64,000 nucleotides of DNA from an uncultured Acidobacteriota bacterium. GTDB taxonomy: Bacteria > Acidobacteriota > UBA6911. The notes beneath the pieces are model-generated. The model was not told the DNA's origin, made no database searches, and saw nothing but the letters and a program-made list of their open reading frames with translations. The DNA is taken from NCBI GenBank assembly GCA_963827655.1, contig CAWHCF010000041.1, positions 128,001 through 192,000 of the forward strand, in the 5' to 3' direction. Positions 1-10,581 of this stretch are shown here, piece after piece (positions within the stretch are counted from its first letter, which is position 1; every line of letters starts with the position of its first letter). Both the position numbers and the translations under genes were made by a program.

Positions 1-65
1 ACGTCCCCTATCCCTGTGATTAATGTGTTCAGATACCGTTCGATAATTTTGTCGTTGTCTGGCAT
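1..65 (-). CDS. N-terminus of a hypothetical protein running off the window edge (MPDNDKIIERYLNTLITGIGD...)
   Basis: ATG at 65 on the minus strand with AAGGAG about 7 nt upstream; open to position 1; not in the ORF track. Confidence 0.5.
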   Translation of the reverse strand, partial: MPDNDKIIERYLNTLITGIGD

Positions 66-492
66 GTTACAGCTCCTTCAACAAGGATTTCCATTCGGGT
101 TGTCCGGAACGAGCCGATGTTGTACCAACGGGCGCGGTTGCGGCGAGTTTCCTCGATCCGGGTCAAGCCATCTGCGATCGCCACCAGGGGGACTCCACCG
201 CGATCCTCGTCATCAACAAGGATGGCCAGCCGATTGGTCGCGCGCTTTGCAGGAACTTCTATCACGGATGGATCGGCAGAACGAGCGAATTGTTCCCATT
301 TGGTCGAGCCGATCGGCGGCACCGGGGAGCTAAGTCGGGACTTCGATGCCCTGGAAGGGAACCTTGGGTTCCATTCTTGTGTCGGGTCTTGTGTCGGGCA
401 GGGCTGTTGTAGAAAAGGGGGCGAGCCAAAGAGCCGAGGACCGAGTACCAACCAGGGGAGCTGGCCTGGAAGCGAGCCTCCTCCGCGCTTGA

Positions 493-3195
493 CTATCTGC
501 CCCGCTGGGACGACAGCTCGATGCCCGCGCCAACGCCCGCGCCAAAGAGCAGTCCCTCTATCGCGCCCAATGCGATCTGCGTTGTCCCGCCAAAATGGAC
601 TTCACCGAAAAAGTACGCCACCGGATCCATCGTTATCCTGGAGTCGGCGAATGAGTGAGCCATGACTTCCAGGCTCCCGCTGAAGAGATTTCCACCAATA
701 ATAGCCAGGACGACGCCCGCAGCCATGGCCCCGACGGCTGCCCCGCAGATTCGCCACAACGATTGAGCACGAGAGATCAAGACAAAACCGAGGGCTGTAC
801 CGAACCCTATGACGGCGCCTTCAAAGGCGCCGGTCACGCCCGACGGATTCTGTCCGAACAGAGCCTTCAAGGTATCGATGCCCAGGATCTTGGTGCTGCC
901 GCCGATGACAGCCCCTCCAGCGGCTCCTCCCGCAACCATCCACAAGCGGCTCAAAGGATAGGTCAGGCGCACGGCGCACATTCCCAGGCTGACTCCAAGG
1001 CCGCCCAGCGCGCCCACAAACGTCCCCAGGCTTGCCAGTACGAGGATCAGAGATGCCGCCTCGTTTACAGGTTCGCGCCGAGCCGCTGTGAGCGCCAGAC
1101 TCAGAAGAAAACTGCCGACCAGGCCGGAGATGGCTCCGCCCAGCATTCCGCCGGTTCCCTGCCGCACGATGTCGCGCCCTCCACTCCGCAGCCGAAGCCA
1201 GGCTCGTCCTAAGGAGACAAGAAGGGCGTCCGTCAGAGAGAGTTGATCCGCCGATGCAAGGCGCGGGTCGTGATCCCGGATGATCGCCAGAGAAACGGCG
1301 CGCCGCCAGAGACTGGGCGCCTCGCCTTGCGCAGCCCGCGAGAGAAAGCCGATCGCGTCGGCCCCGAAACGGCCGGCGAGCGCGATGCTGGCCGCTTTTC
1401 TCACCCCGAAATCCGCGTCCCACAGGGCCAGTCTCACAACCAGCTCCTTTCCTTCGGCCGCGCCGGAGAATCGCCAGGTCTCAACCGCGCCCAGGCGGAC
1501 TGATGGCGCTTCGTGTTGCATCGCGCTTCCGATGGATCGCGGCGCGGACGGTGAGAGCTGGAACAGCCAGGAAGGAACGCGCCGCCCGCGGGCCAGACTA
1601 CTTTCGGTCAGAAGGTCGCATTCCTCCCCGGCCAATCCCAACTGCTCGCCATAAGGGAGAAGCAGGTCGAGCGCGTCGGCATCCAACAGCAATCGATGGG
1701 CCCGATAGTTCTCCAGCGCGCGCTCCACAACGGCGCGCGCCCGCTTCAAAGAGCGATCCTCCGCCGTCAGCCACTGCGACACTTCGGCCAGCAGGAAATC
1801 ATGCGCCAGCTCGAGCCATCCTTCGCCGTCCTGGTTCCGCCTGCGCATCACCCGGGCCGCCACCAGATCTTCGACAACCCGAGCCGTGTCGGCGGCCCGG
1901 ACGCCCGTGAGAAGCGCGGATTCACGAACCACGCGCCGCTCGCCCCGATCGGAAATGAGTGCCTTGAGTATCTCTCGCGCAAGCTGAAGGTCGGTGGAGT
2001 TGAAATGACTCAAGACCCTGCTCAAATAGCCGGTCAGGATCCTCGAGGCGCCGCCAAGCTGCTGGTAGGTTTCGAGGGTAATGTTGCCTGATGGGCCCCT
2101 GAAGTCATAAAGCGTGTCGCAGACTATTTGTAACTGCGGCGGGTCGACGCCCTCCGGTTCGTTCAAGTCCGCCAGAAGTCTGGTCAGCAACACCCCTTCA
2201 AGCTCGCAACCTCCGAGCCTTGCGGGTTCGACAATGGCGCGCGCAGCTTGCTCGAGTCCGAAGCGCTGCAGGCGATATTCATGATGGAAAACGTCGGGGA
2301 TCGCCGCCTTGAGCCGGCTCATCTCGGCCAGCAAATCCTCGCGCAACACGAAGACTGCGCGCAGCGGAATCAATTCACGGGAGAAGAGAGCCCTCAAGGT
2401 TCCGACGAAGCGCTGTTGAGACTCCCCGGCGAGAGCGGAAAAAAATTCCTCGAACTGATCGAAGACAAAAATAATCAATTGCGAACCATGAGCAGACCGC
2501 TCGATAAGATGTCGCAGCGTCGATTCCGGTTCGAGAACCCCCTCCGGTACATCCCCGAGCGCCTCCGTCATCTGGCGCAGCGGATCTGTGAAGCAACGGA
2601 TGGCAAAAACCAGATGGCCCTCCGCTTTCAGCCTGGGCATCAGTCCTGCGCGCACAATCGAGGTCTTGCCGACTCCGGAGCGGCCATGGAGAATGAACGA
2701 TCGATGCGAAACAACGCGGGAGCGAATGACTTCAACTTCCGCCTCGCGCCCGAAAAACATGCCGGCATCCTGTTCCGTATAGTAATCAAGAAACTTGTAA
2801 GGCCGGACTCTTGCTGCGCGCGGTGCGGGAGGAGAAGGTGCAGACGCGGCCGGGAGATCCTCGGCTTGAACCCCTTCTGCGATGAAGATATACCCGTGCT
2901 TCGGAACGGTCTTGATATACCGCGGGTTCGCCGCATCGTCGCCCAGCAGCTTTCGTATGTCTTTGATGCACTGCGTCAAGGCAGCATCGGTCACAAAAAT
3001 CCCGTTCCAGACTTCATCGAAAATGCGCTGCTTCTCGACCAGCCGCCCGCGCTGCCTGACCAGCAATAACAGGACATCAAAGTATTTCGAATTGAGAGGA
3101 AGCTGCTCGCCCTTGTGCCAGATCCGCCGGTTGGTGGCATCGAGAGTGACGTCACCGAAACGATAAGCTTCCACCGGGGACTTCGGTGCATTCAT
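493..3195 (-). CDS. Winged-helix (OmpR/CadC-type) + nSTAND1-like NTPase + HEAT-like repeats + Gly-rich multi-TM domain
   Basis: N-terminal YRFGD...LTQCIKDIRKLLGD...YIKTVPKHGY; PYKFLDYY...FFGRE; Walker A GRSGVGKTS; Walker B DQFEEFF; hydrophobic C-terminal ~220 aa. Confidence 0.85.
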   Translation of the reverse strand: MNAPKSPVEAYRFGDVTLDATNRRIWHKGEQLPLNSKYFDVLLLLVRQRGRLVEKQRIFDEVWNGIFVTDAALTQCIKDIRKLLGDDAANPRYIKTVPKHGYIFIAEGVQAEDLPAASAPSPPAPRAARVRPYKFLDYYTEQDAGMFFGREAEVEVIRSRVVSHRSFILHGRSGVGKTSIVRAGLMPRLKAEGHLVFAIRCFTDPLRQMTEALGDVPEGVLEPESTLRHLIERSAHGSQLIIFVFDQFEEFFSALAGESQQRFVGTLRALFSRELIPLRAVFVLREDLLAEMSRLKAAIPDVFHHEYRLQRFGLEQAARAIVEPARLGGCELEGVLLTRLLADLNEPEGVDPPQLQIVCDTLYDFRGPSGNITLETYQQLGGASRILTGYLSRVLSHFNSTDLQLAREILKALISDRGERRVVRESALLTGVRAADTARVVEDLVAARVMRRRNQDGEGWLELAHDFLLAEVSQWLTAEDRSLKRARAVVERALENYRAHRLLLDADALDLLLPYGEQLGLAGEECDLLTESSLARGRRVPSWLFQLSPSAPRSIGSAMQHEAPSVRLGAVETWRFSGAAEGKELVVRLALWDADFGVRKAASIALAGRFGADAIGFLSRAAQGEAPSLWRRAVSLAIIRDHDPRLASADQLSLTDALLVSLGRAWLRLRSGGRDIVRQGTGGMLGGAISGLVGSFLLSLALTAARREPVNEAASLILVLASLGTFVGALGGLGVSLGMCAVRLTYPLSRLWMVAGGAAGGAVIGGSTKILGIDTLKALFGQNPSGVTGAFEGAVIGFGTALGFVLISRAQSLWRICGAAVGAMAAGVVLAIIGGNLFSGSLEVMAHSFADSRITMDPVAYFFGEVHFGGTTQIALGAIEGLLFGAGVGAGIELSSQRGR

Positions 3196-3241
3196 ATGGT
3201 TTCTTTATCATAATGCCGGCAAGACACAAGTGCCCTGCTCA

Positions 3242-3271
3242 TTTCTCACAATTTTCTCACCTTTCCCTCAC
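3242..3271 (+). promoter_or_regulatory. Three direct repeats (TTTCTCAC/TTTCTCAC/TCCCTCAC) at 11-bp spacing; candidate wHTH operator
   Basis: CTCAC at 3245, 3256 and 3267, between the divergent wHTH gene and the ankyrin gene. Confidence 0.5.
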
Positions 3272-3337
3272 GCAATCCCGGCCCGGGAAAAACTAAGCTG
3301 GGCGGGTCACGATCAAGTGATGGAAAGGACAGAAACA

Positions 3338-4033
3338 ATGAGAAAAGAACACAGAATCCTACTGATCTCAGTGCTGTTGGCTTTCGCGGCCTGCGGCAGC
3401 CTCAACCCGGACACACCCCTTACGAGTGCAGCAAGTCAAAACCAGATCGCAGAAGTGCAAGCGTTGCTTGCCCAAGGCGATGATCCAAACGGGAAGGACA
3501 GTCATGGCTGGAGCCCGCTGATGTGGGCGGCGCGCAAAGGGAACATTTTCGTTGTACGAGCTCTTCTCAAAGCAGGGGCGAATCCTGACTTGCGAGACAG
3601 TTATCGCAACGGCTGGACACCTTTAATGCACGCCATCCATAAACATCAGAACAAAACGGCCCTGGCCCTTCTGGACGGCGGAGGCGACCCGAATGTCAAG
3701 GCCCCCGATGGAGGGACGGCATTGATCATGGCGGCGGGAGACGGAAACTTCGAAATGGTCCGCGCCCTGCTGGCCAGAGGCGCCGATCCAGCCGCCGAGA
3801 CCTCAGCAGGGGTAACGGCGCTGGCGATTGGAGTAGCCGGTGGTGCGTTTTCAGACATTGACCGGCCACTTCTGGGCAACTGCCATACCGAGATAGTGAG
3901 AGCGTTGTTGGAAAAGGATCCCGGTTTGAAACTCAAAAACAACCTGGCCGGACGCTATGCCCGGTTTTTTGCGAGATTGAAAGGGTGTTCGGAAGTCAGC
4001 GCACTAGTAGGCAGCAGGGGCCGCGATCACTGA
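3338..4033 (+). CDS. Ankyrin-repeat lipoprotein
   Basis: MRKEHRILLISVLLAFAAC lipobox; repeated GWSPLMWAA / GWTPLMHA / GGTALIMAA ankyrin motifs; AAGGA RBS. Confidence 0.88.
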   Translation: MRKEHRILLISVLLAFAACGSLNPDTPLTSAASQNQIAEVQALLAQGDDPNGKDSHGWSPLMWAARKGNIFVVRALLKAGANPDLRDSYRNGWTPLMHAIHKHQNKTALALLDGGGDPNVKAPDGGTALIMAAGDGNFEMVRALLARGADPAAETSAGVTALAIGVAGGAFSDIDRPLLGNCHTEIVRALLEKDPGLKLKNNLAGRYARFFARLKGCSEVSALVGSRGRDH

Positions 4034-4047
4034 TTGCCATCTGCTTA

Positions 4048-4275
4048 GGGCTCGCGCAAAAATAACTTCACATTCTGGCGCGAGAGCGGTGGTCAATCAT
4101 GAACCGTTTCCTCACGACGCACCCTGAGGATCGCGCCCCTTCGGGCTGCGGCCCGCAGGCCCGCTGGCTTTGTTGCTCGCTCCTCACGTACCGCGTCGGG
4201 TACGCATCGTCGCTCGCGCCTCGCCAGCGGACCTGGGGGCCGCAGCAGAACGCGAACTTATTTCTGCGCGAACCC
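4048..4275 (+). mobile_element. MITE family 1, copy A (~230 bp)
   Basis: Imperfect ~30-bp TIRs GGGCTCGCGCAAAAATAACTTCACATTCTG / CAGAACGCGAACTTATTTCTGCGCGAACCC; TTA on both flanks; closely similar to 15175-15407 and 40181-40413. Confidence 0.88.
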
Positions 4276-4292
4276 TTAGCTTTGGCTACGGC

Positions 4293-5753
4293 TTACTGCT
4301 TGCCCACTGCTTTCTCCACTTCCTCGATTGTCTTGGGAACCCTGGCCGACAGGTTCTTGAGACCAGACTCGGTCAGCAGGAACGAGTCCTCGATCCGGAC
4401 CCCGATATTCTTGTATTTCTCGAACGCGGGACGGACCTTTTCGATGAAAGCGGCGTTGGCAGGTGTCTTGGGAAGGTTCTCCAGGGCCCCTTCACGGACA
4501 TAGATTCCGGGCTCGATCACAAAGGCCATTCCGGGTTGCAATGGCCAGTCATTGTCACCGACGTCGTGGACGTCCATCCCGATGTAATGGCAGGCCCCAT
4601 GTGTGTACCAGGTTCGGTACTGGTCGCTGGAGGCGTCGGTAATGAGGCCCAGCCTGAGAAGTCCCTCCTTTATCACCTCGACGGTTTTCTGGTGAATCTC
4701 CGTGAGCTTCTTCCCGGCGCGCGCCAGCTTTATTCCTTCCTCCTGCGCGGACAGGACGACACGATAGATCTCCTTCTGGGTTGGAGTGAACGCCCCGCCG
4801 ACCGGGTACGTTCGAGTAATATCTCCAGTCAGGTACTCATAGCTGGCCGCAGCATCCACCAGCAAAAGATCATTCCCCTCCATTTTTCGAGTTGATTTGT
4901 TGTAATGCAGAATCGTGGCGTTGGGACCGCTGGCGACAATGGAGGGATAGCCCCATCCGAGCGCGCCTTTCGATTTGTACACGTGTTCGATGGCCGCTTC
5001 GACTTCATATTCATAACCACCCGGGCGAGCGGCCTTCATTCCGGCTATATGCGCGTCGCATGAAATCGCTACGCTTCGCTCGAGGATTTTCTGCTCATAG
5101 GGTGTCTTGATTCCTCTCAGGTCGCGAAACAACCCGGTTGCATCCTGGACGGAGAAACCGACAAATCTTTCCTTAAGCTGGTTGGCGAATTCCAGGTTCG
5201 GGCTCAACCGTCTGGAAAGCTGAGGCCTTGGGTCCAGAACCAGCGCCAGGCGCGCCTTTCCGCTCCCGAGAGCATTGAAGAAAGTCTTGAATTCACTGGA
5301 AGCAGCGTAGCGGTCGACGCCGTAGGAGCGTTGGGCGAAGATCTCGCTGACAAACGACTCGAACTCGCCCGCAAGATAGACATGGCCAATACCGCTCTGC
5401 GCGGTTGCTTCTTCCTTGCTCAACAAGCGTCCCTGCCAGTGCTCGCGCACCGGATCTCTCGGCTTGATGAAGAGTATCTCTTTGCGTGTCGCATTGCCGG
5501 GCATCAGGACAAGAATTGTCTCTTCCTGATCGATCCCCGTCAGATAGTAAAAATTGCTGTCCTGACGGTATTCGTAATCGACGTCTCGCGAGTAAATCTG
5601 AACCGGAGCGCTCCACACAATAAGCATGGCCTCCGGCCCGAGGCGATCCATGATACGTTGACGGCGAGCGCGAAGATCATCCTGAAACTCCCCGCCGAGT
5701 CCAGGAAGCGACATCAGGACAAAGAAAGCGATAAAAACAAAACCCTTGCGCAA
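4293..5753 (-). CDS. pepP: Xaa-Pro aminopeptidase (M24B) with predicted signal peptide
   Basis: YRQDSNFYYLTG, DITRT, HYIGMDVHD, IEPGIY, GVRIED motifs. Confidence 0.92.
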   Translation of the reverse strand: MRKGFVFIAFFVLMSLPGLGGEFQDDLRARRQRIMDRLGPEAMLIVWSAPVQIYSRDVDYEYRQDSNFYYLTGIDQEETILVLMPGNATRKEILFIKPRDPVREHWQGRLLSKEEATAQSGIGHVYLAGEFESFVSEIFAQRSYGVDRYAASSEFKTFFNALGSGKARLALVLDPRPQLSRRLSPNLEFANQLKERFVGFSVQDATGLFRDLRGIKTPYEQKILERSVAISCDAHIAGMKAARPGGYEYEVEAAIEHVYKSKGALGWGYPSIVASGPNATILHYNKSTRKMEGNDLLLVDAAASYEYLTGDITRTYPVGGAFTPTQKEIYRVVLSAQEEGIKLARAGKKLTEIHQKTVEVIKEGLLRLGLITDASSDQYRTWYTHGACHYIGMDVHDVGDNDWPLQPGMAFVIEPGIYVREGALENLPKTPANAAFIEKVRPAFEKYKNIGVRIEDSFLLTESGLKNLSARVPKTIEEVEKAVGKQ

Positions 5754-5765
5754 GACTTCCTCCTT

Positions 5766-5844
5766 CGATTACGATTCGATTGACGATTGACGATTGGATG
5801 ATGAATCACTTCAATCGTCAATCGTAAATCGTAAATCGTCAATC
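5766..5844. repeat. Inverted pair of heptamer tandem arrays (GATTGAC)n ... (CAATCGT)n
   Basis: gattgacgattgacgatt followed by caatcgtcaatcgtaaatcgtaaatcgtcaatc. Confidence 0.85.
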
Positions 5845-5845
5845 A

Positions 5846-7763
5846 CTATTGTCTGTGCTTCAGTTCCCCTTTCAGGTTCATATTGCGGATCAACCGATGG
5901 AGATAATTCGGATTCACTCCCAAGAGTTTCGCAGCCTCAGTGTAGTTCCCGTGAGCCTGTTCTACAGCCTTGACGATGATCTCTTTCTTCTTCTGTTTGA
6001 CCGCGTCGTGATATCGCGTGATAAAACCGGATGTCGATGCTTCAGATTCAAGGACATTCTCAGGCAAGTCTTCCGGAAGGATGATGTCTGTGGAACCAAG
6101 TACAACGGCGCGTTCAATCGCATTCTCCAGCTCGCGCACGTTACCGGGCCAGCTGTAGCGGACCAGGCAGTGACGGGCTTCCGGAGAAATCCCGGTGATA
6201 CGGCGTCCGCACTTCTGGCTATACTTGGCGATGAAGTAGCTCACCAGCAAAGAGATGTCCTCGGTACGCTCTCTTAGCGGCGGCATCGTAAGCAAAACTA
6301 CATTGAGCCGGTAGTAGAGATCTTGACCGAAACAATCCTGACCGGATCGCCTCTTCCAGGTTCTTGTTGGTTGCGGCGATCAGCCGCACGTTGATCTTGA
6401 TTGGCCGCGTTCCGCCAACCCGCTCGAACTCGTGCTCCTGCAGGACGCGTAGCAGCTTCGCCTGGAGCGCGAGCGCGAGTTCGCCCATTTCATCCAGAAA
6501 GACAGATCCACCATCGGCTACTTCCAGCTTCCCTTTCTTTTGCGCGATTGCACCGGTAAAGGCTCCTTTCTCGTGACCGAACAGCTCGCTTTCCAGCAAG
6601 CTCTCGGAAAGAGCGGCACAGTTTATGGCGACAAAAGGCTTTGCCGAGCGTGGACTGTTCGCATGAAGCGCGCGAGCGACCAGCTCCTTGCCGGTACCAC
6701 TCTCGCCGCGAATCAGCACAGTCGAGTCCGTGGGGGCAGCCTTCGAGATAAATCTGTACACCTCGCGCATTCGAGGGCTCTCGCCGATCATATTGTGCTC
6801 GATACTAAGGTCTTGTTGCAGACGCTGATTTTCGCCCTCCAACCATTCCATCCGGCGAGCGGTATCGAGGGCGAAAGCCGCGATGCGTGCGATGGCCGCC
6901 ATCAACTGAAGATGATCTTCATCGAGCTGTGTCTCGGGATCGCTCGAATCAACATAAATCACACCGATGACCTTTTCGAATAGCGGCAGAGGAACACAGA
7001 CGAGCCACCGGATCTGAGAGGCAATCAGGCTGTCAGCTCCGCTGAAGGCTTCATTGTCGAGCACGTCGTTACTGAGAATGGCCACTTTCTCCCGCAAAAC
7101 CCGGTGCACGATTGTTCGACTCACCTGAACCGCGCGGTTCACACCCCGGTTGCGTTCCCAACCCTGCACGGAGCTAAATTCCAAACCTTCTTCTCCGAGG
7201 AGAATGGCTCCGCGATGCGCCGGAATCACTTCGAGAATTGATTCAAGCAACTTCAGCTGGAGTGCTTCCAGGCCACGGATCGAGTTGATCCAGGTGCTGA
7301 TTTTGAGCAGTGCGTCGAAATGGCGAGCCAATCGGGCCGTCCCAGGAGCCTCCGCCAGGAATCTCTCGGGATGAAGGTAGAGGGCATCTTCCCATCGGAG
7401 CTGAACCTCGGAGCGCGTGACCAGATCCGTATCCCGAACCTCGACCAGCCCGTGAGGCGGAACCAAATCGGTTTCCTGGAGGAGGAAAAGGAAAATCGAA
7501 TCGGCAATCTTGACCTGATCCCCATGTTCTAGCAGCCGCTCTTTTACGGGGACACCATTGATGAACGTGCCGTTTCGACTGTTGAGATCCGTGACTCGGA
7601 AGCGCTCTCCCTGTCTGTCAAACAGGCAATGACGGCGCGACACCGACAGCTCGCTCACACAAATCAGATTCGCGGACTCCCGGCCCAAGGAGATAGACGT
7701 TTCATTCAACGGGAATACTTGACCCTTCAAAGGTCCAGTGATGGATACCAATCGCGGGGTCAT
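5846..7763 (-). CDS. FHA-GAF-AAA+-HTH sigma54-dependent activator; frameshift near 6326
   Basis: FHA (GR..SVSRRH..SRNGT); GESGTGKE; GAFTGA; removing one base restores [11 protein letters not shown]; [10 protein letters not shown] and HTH in ORF 5846-6295. Confidence 0.92.
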
Positions 7764-7777
7764 CAGCGTTTGCGTTT

Positions 7778-7860
7778 CTCAGTCGCTCGGCGAAACGTTA
7801 AAACATGTTGTCGTTCAGAAGGGGCCTTTCGTTCGGGGCGAAGTCCCGAACGAACCTCAG
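7778..7860 (+). mobile_element. MITE-like family 2, copy A (~83 bp)
   Basis: CTCAG direct repeat at both ends; terminal hairpin TTCGTTCGGG-GCGAAGT-CCCGAACGAA; homologous to 16947-17033 and 32945-33025. Confidence 0.75.
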
Positions 7861-8122
7861 TGTCTTCGAGTCTTGGTGGTTAGAAAATACCGGCCAGTGA
7901 CACGGTAATTCACGCGCGAAACCTTAGTATACAACTAGAAGGGTCAGGATCAGCCCCGACCTTTCAGGATCCTTTTGGATACACCACTATCCGAACAGAT
8001 AGAACCAGTTTCTCGGGCGGAAGTTCTCTTCTGCCGACCAGGTTTTCGGCTACTCCAGACAACGTTAGCCGATTCAATTACTTCCAACACGACGAGCTCA
8101 CTCGTCAAATCTATTCTCCCGC

Positions 8123-8137
8123 TGGCACAGGAATTGC
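8123..8137 (+). promoter_or_regulatory. sigma54 -24/-12 promoter
   Basis: TGGCAC-AGGAA-TTGC matches TGGCAC-N5-TTGC; upstream of the 8251 gene and divergent from the sigma54 activator. Confidence 0.8.
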
Positions 8138-8250
8138 CATAACAATGACAGCTCGCGCATTTCAAGAGTCGAAAGCGAGCGCGGAAAAAGGGTGGAAATA
8201 AACGAGCGGCCGGCTTTCCGAGTCGCCAAACACTTGCGAAAGGAGCTTCT

Positions 8251-8674
8251 ATGAAGAGAACTGGTTTCCGCGTCCTGACGAGTCTGATTGCCGTTGTCAT
8301 ACTGGGGATGCCGGTGATTTACGCCGGATCTGAAGAGAACGTAAGCGCTACGATCCCGTTTGACTTTATCGTCGGAAAAACGACACTACCCGCCGGCCAA
8401 TACACAGTGTCGGCGCTCAGTCAAAGGGGCCTGATAGTTCGGAGTGAAGATGCCAAATCGGCTGTCATTGTACTCACGATGGGAGTGCAGGCCAAGTCGG
8501 CGAACAGTCAGCCCAGATTAGAGTTCAATCGCTACGGCAACACGCATTTTCTCTCCAAGGTCTGGAGTGGTTACGACAACGCAGGGACGCGCCATCCACA
8601 AGTCCAACCAGGAGCGTGAAATCGCGCTGAATCAGAAGAGCACCAGCGTGACGCTTATCGCTCAGGCGCGGTAA
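8251..8674 (+). CDS. Small secreted hypothetical protein (IPFDF..G..LPAG.Y family); frameshift near 8585
   Basis: AAGGAG RBS; signal peptide; ATIPFDFIVGKTTLPAGQY and LEFNRYGNTHFL; shifted frame continues KSNQEREIA...AR*. Confidence 0.8.
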
Positions 8675-8709
8675 TCCGCTTCACACGCCTCAAATCACAC
8701 TCCAGCTCC

Positions 8710-8740
8710 GGCAACCCGAAGCCCCCCGCTTCGGGTTGCC
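8710..8740. terminator. Strong hairpin between convergent genes
   Basis: GGCAACCCGAAGC / GCTTCGGGTTGCC 13-bp stem; no U-tract. Confidence 0.55.
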
Positions 8741-8759
8741 TGCTTCACAGATAGAGCGA

Positions 8760-10469
8760 TCACTGACCCGCGCTGCGCAATGCCTCTTCACGCTTCGCCT
8801 TGAATTCCGTCCCTGGTTTCCACTCCGGGAACTTGTCGTCTTGGGCAACGCGGTAACCAACTCGAAAAAGCAACTGCAGGTCTTCGACCGCACCCGCCAT
8901 ATCCCAGTCTGGCTTCACTTCGTCCGACACTTTGTGATAGTCGCGTTCGGTATACTCGTCCCGTTTCTGCTGCGCGTACCGTTCGGGTTTTCCAATGAAC
9001 TCAGTGCCCGAATCCGGGTAGAGGGCCGGAACTCCTTCCTTGGCAAATTCGAAGTGGTCCGAACGGTAGAAGAATCCCTTTTCAGGCTCGGGATCCGGCT
9101 TGACTACGCGACCCTGCGGCTCCGCTTCGGCTTTCAAAACATCATCCAGGGTCGAGTTTCCCAGTCCGACGATTACGATATCTTTGGTGCGGCCCCACTG
9201 ATTAAGACCGTCCATATTGATGTTGGCCACAGTTCTAGTGAGAGGGTAGAGCGGATTCTTCGCGTAATACTTGGCTCCCAGCAACCCCTTTTCCTCGGCA
9301 GTCACGGCAAGAAAAAGGAGGGTGCGCTTCGGCGGCGGGTTTGATTTCGCGTAAGCCTTCGCGAGCTCGAGCAGCCCGGCGGTCCCCGAGGCGTTGTCGA
9401 GTGCGCCGTTGAACACCTGATCTCCCTTCAGCTTTCCATCCTTTCCCAGATGATCCCAATGCGCGGTAAAAACGACGTATTGTTCCTTGAGCTTGGGATC
9501 GGAGCCATCCAGTCGCGCGATAACATTCCTTGACTGCACCTCGCGCAAGCTGTTCCGGATCGTGAAAGTCGCTTTGGCATTCAGAGGCACGGGCCGGAAG
9601 TCTTTCCGGATCGCCGCCTTCTTGAGCTCATCCAGATCTTTTCCGGCGATTGCAAAGAGTTTTCTCGCCTTCTCAAGGGTTATCCACGATTCGACTGCCG
9701 CTCGTTTCGCACTCCCACCCTCTGATTTGATATCGAAGTTTTCACCCGACCAGCTGCCTGATACGACTTCATAGGGGTAACCGGCCGGGCCGGTCTCGTG
9801 AATGATGATGGCTGCGTCAGCACCTTTTTCGGCGGCGATCTCGTACTTGTAGGTCCAGCGGCCGTAGTAGGTCATGGCAGCGCCCTTGAACATTTCGGCG
9901 TCGAGTTTAGCCGGGTCGTTCGGGTCTGGTATCGCCGGATCGTTGATAAGCATGACGATGGTCTTTCCCTTGACGTCGACTCCTTTGTAATCGTCCCAGC
10001 CATATTCGGGAGCGACGACGCCGTATCCGACGAAGACAACGTCGGAGTCTTGGACTTTAATCTCGGGCTGCAGACGGCGTGACACAGCCACGTAATCTTC
10101 AGGGAAACGCAGCTCCAGCCGGTTCTGACCCGACGTCAGCAACGCATGTGGTTCGGCCTTCAACCCGACCAGCGGAACATTCTGTACAAAGGTGCCGTCT
10201 GGGTTGCCAGGACGAAGGCCCAGCCGGGCAAACTGGTCCGTGAGGTAGGTGACCGTCAGTTCTTCGCCTTTCGTTCCTGGGGCTCTGCCTTCATATTCGT
10301 CCGATGCCAGGACCTTGATGTGCTTCAACAGGTCTCCTCCGGAGATGGCTTCCATGGCCGGCTTCAAATCAGGAGCGCTCGCCGCGCGCCTCTCTTCGGG
10401 CGAATTGCTGGTCGCGCAAGAGACAAGCATGGCAAAGAGCATACCGGCGGCAAGCGATGGTTTTTTCAT
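8760..10469 (-). CDS. M28 family aminopeptidase with PA domain, lipoprotein
   Basis: LVSC lipobox; [33 protein letters not shown] motifs. Confidence 0.92.
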   Translation of the reverse strand: MKKPSLAAGMLFAMLVSCATSNSPEERRAASAPDLKPAMEAISGGDLLKHIKVLASDEYEGRAPGTKGEELTVTYLTDQFARLGLRPGNPDGTFVQNVPLVGLKAEPHALLTSGQNRLELRFPEDYVAVSRRLQPEIKVQDSDVVFVGYGVVAPEYGWDDYKGVDVKGKTIVMLINDPAIPDPNDPAKLDAEMFKGAAMTYYGRWTYKYEIAAEKGADAAIIIHETGPAGYPYEVVSGSWSGENFDIKSEGGSAKRAAVESWITLEKARKLFAIAGKDLDELKKAAIRKDFRPVPLNAKATFTIRNSLREVQSRNVIARLDGSDPKLKEQYVVFTAHWDHLGKDGKLKGDQVFNGALDNASGTAGLLELAKAYAKSNPPPKRTLLFLAVTAEEKGLLGAKYYAKNPLYPLTRTVANINMDGLNQWGRTKDIVIVGLGNSTLDDVLKAEAEPQGRVVKPDPEPEKGFFYRSDHFEFAKEGVPALYPDSGTEFIGKPERYAQQKRDEYTERDYHKVSDEVKPDWDMAGAVEDLQLLFRVGYRVAQDDKFPEWKPGTEFKAKREEALRSAGQ

Positions 10470-10581
10470 TTCGGATCTCCTCCCAGAAAAAAAACAAAAC
10501 AGCTTCAAGATTCCCGGCGTCTTCACGGTAAAAGCCGGAGAACCGCATCAATCACAAAGACGCGGAAGCCGCCAGGAACGC

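Noticed and set aside
29-665. Overlapping ORFs at the window start
   Set aside because: No recognisable motif or RBS; they conflict with each other and with the STAND gene end
4099-4503. ORFs repeated at 4099, 4170, 15149-15483 and 40039-40287 with similar peptides
   Set aside because: They are translations of MITE family 1, with no RBS or protein motif
5766-5844. Repeat arrays as a possible CRISPR
   Set aside because: 7-bp units without unique spacers; no cas genes in the window
6300-6340. Programmed frameshifting in split genes
   Set aside because: No consistent slippery motif, and breaks occur in unrelated genes; sequencing indels are more likely
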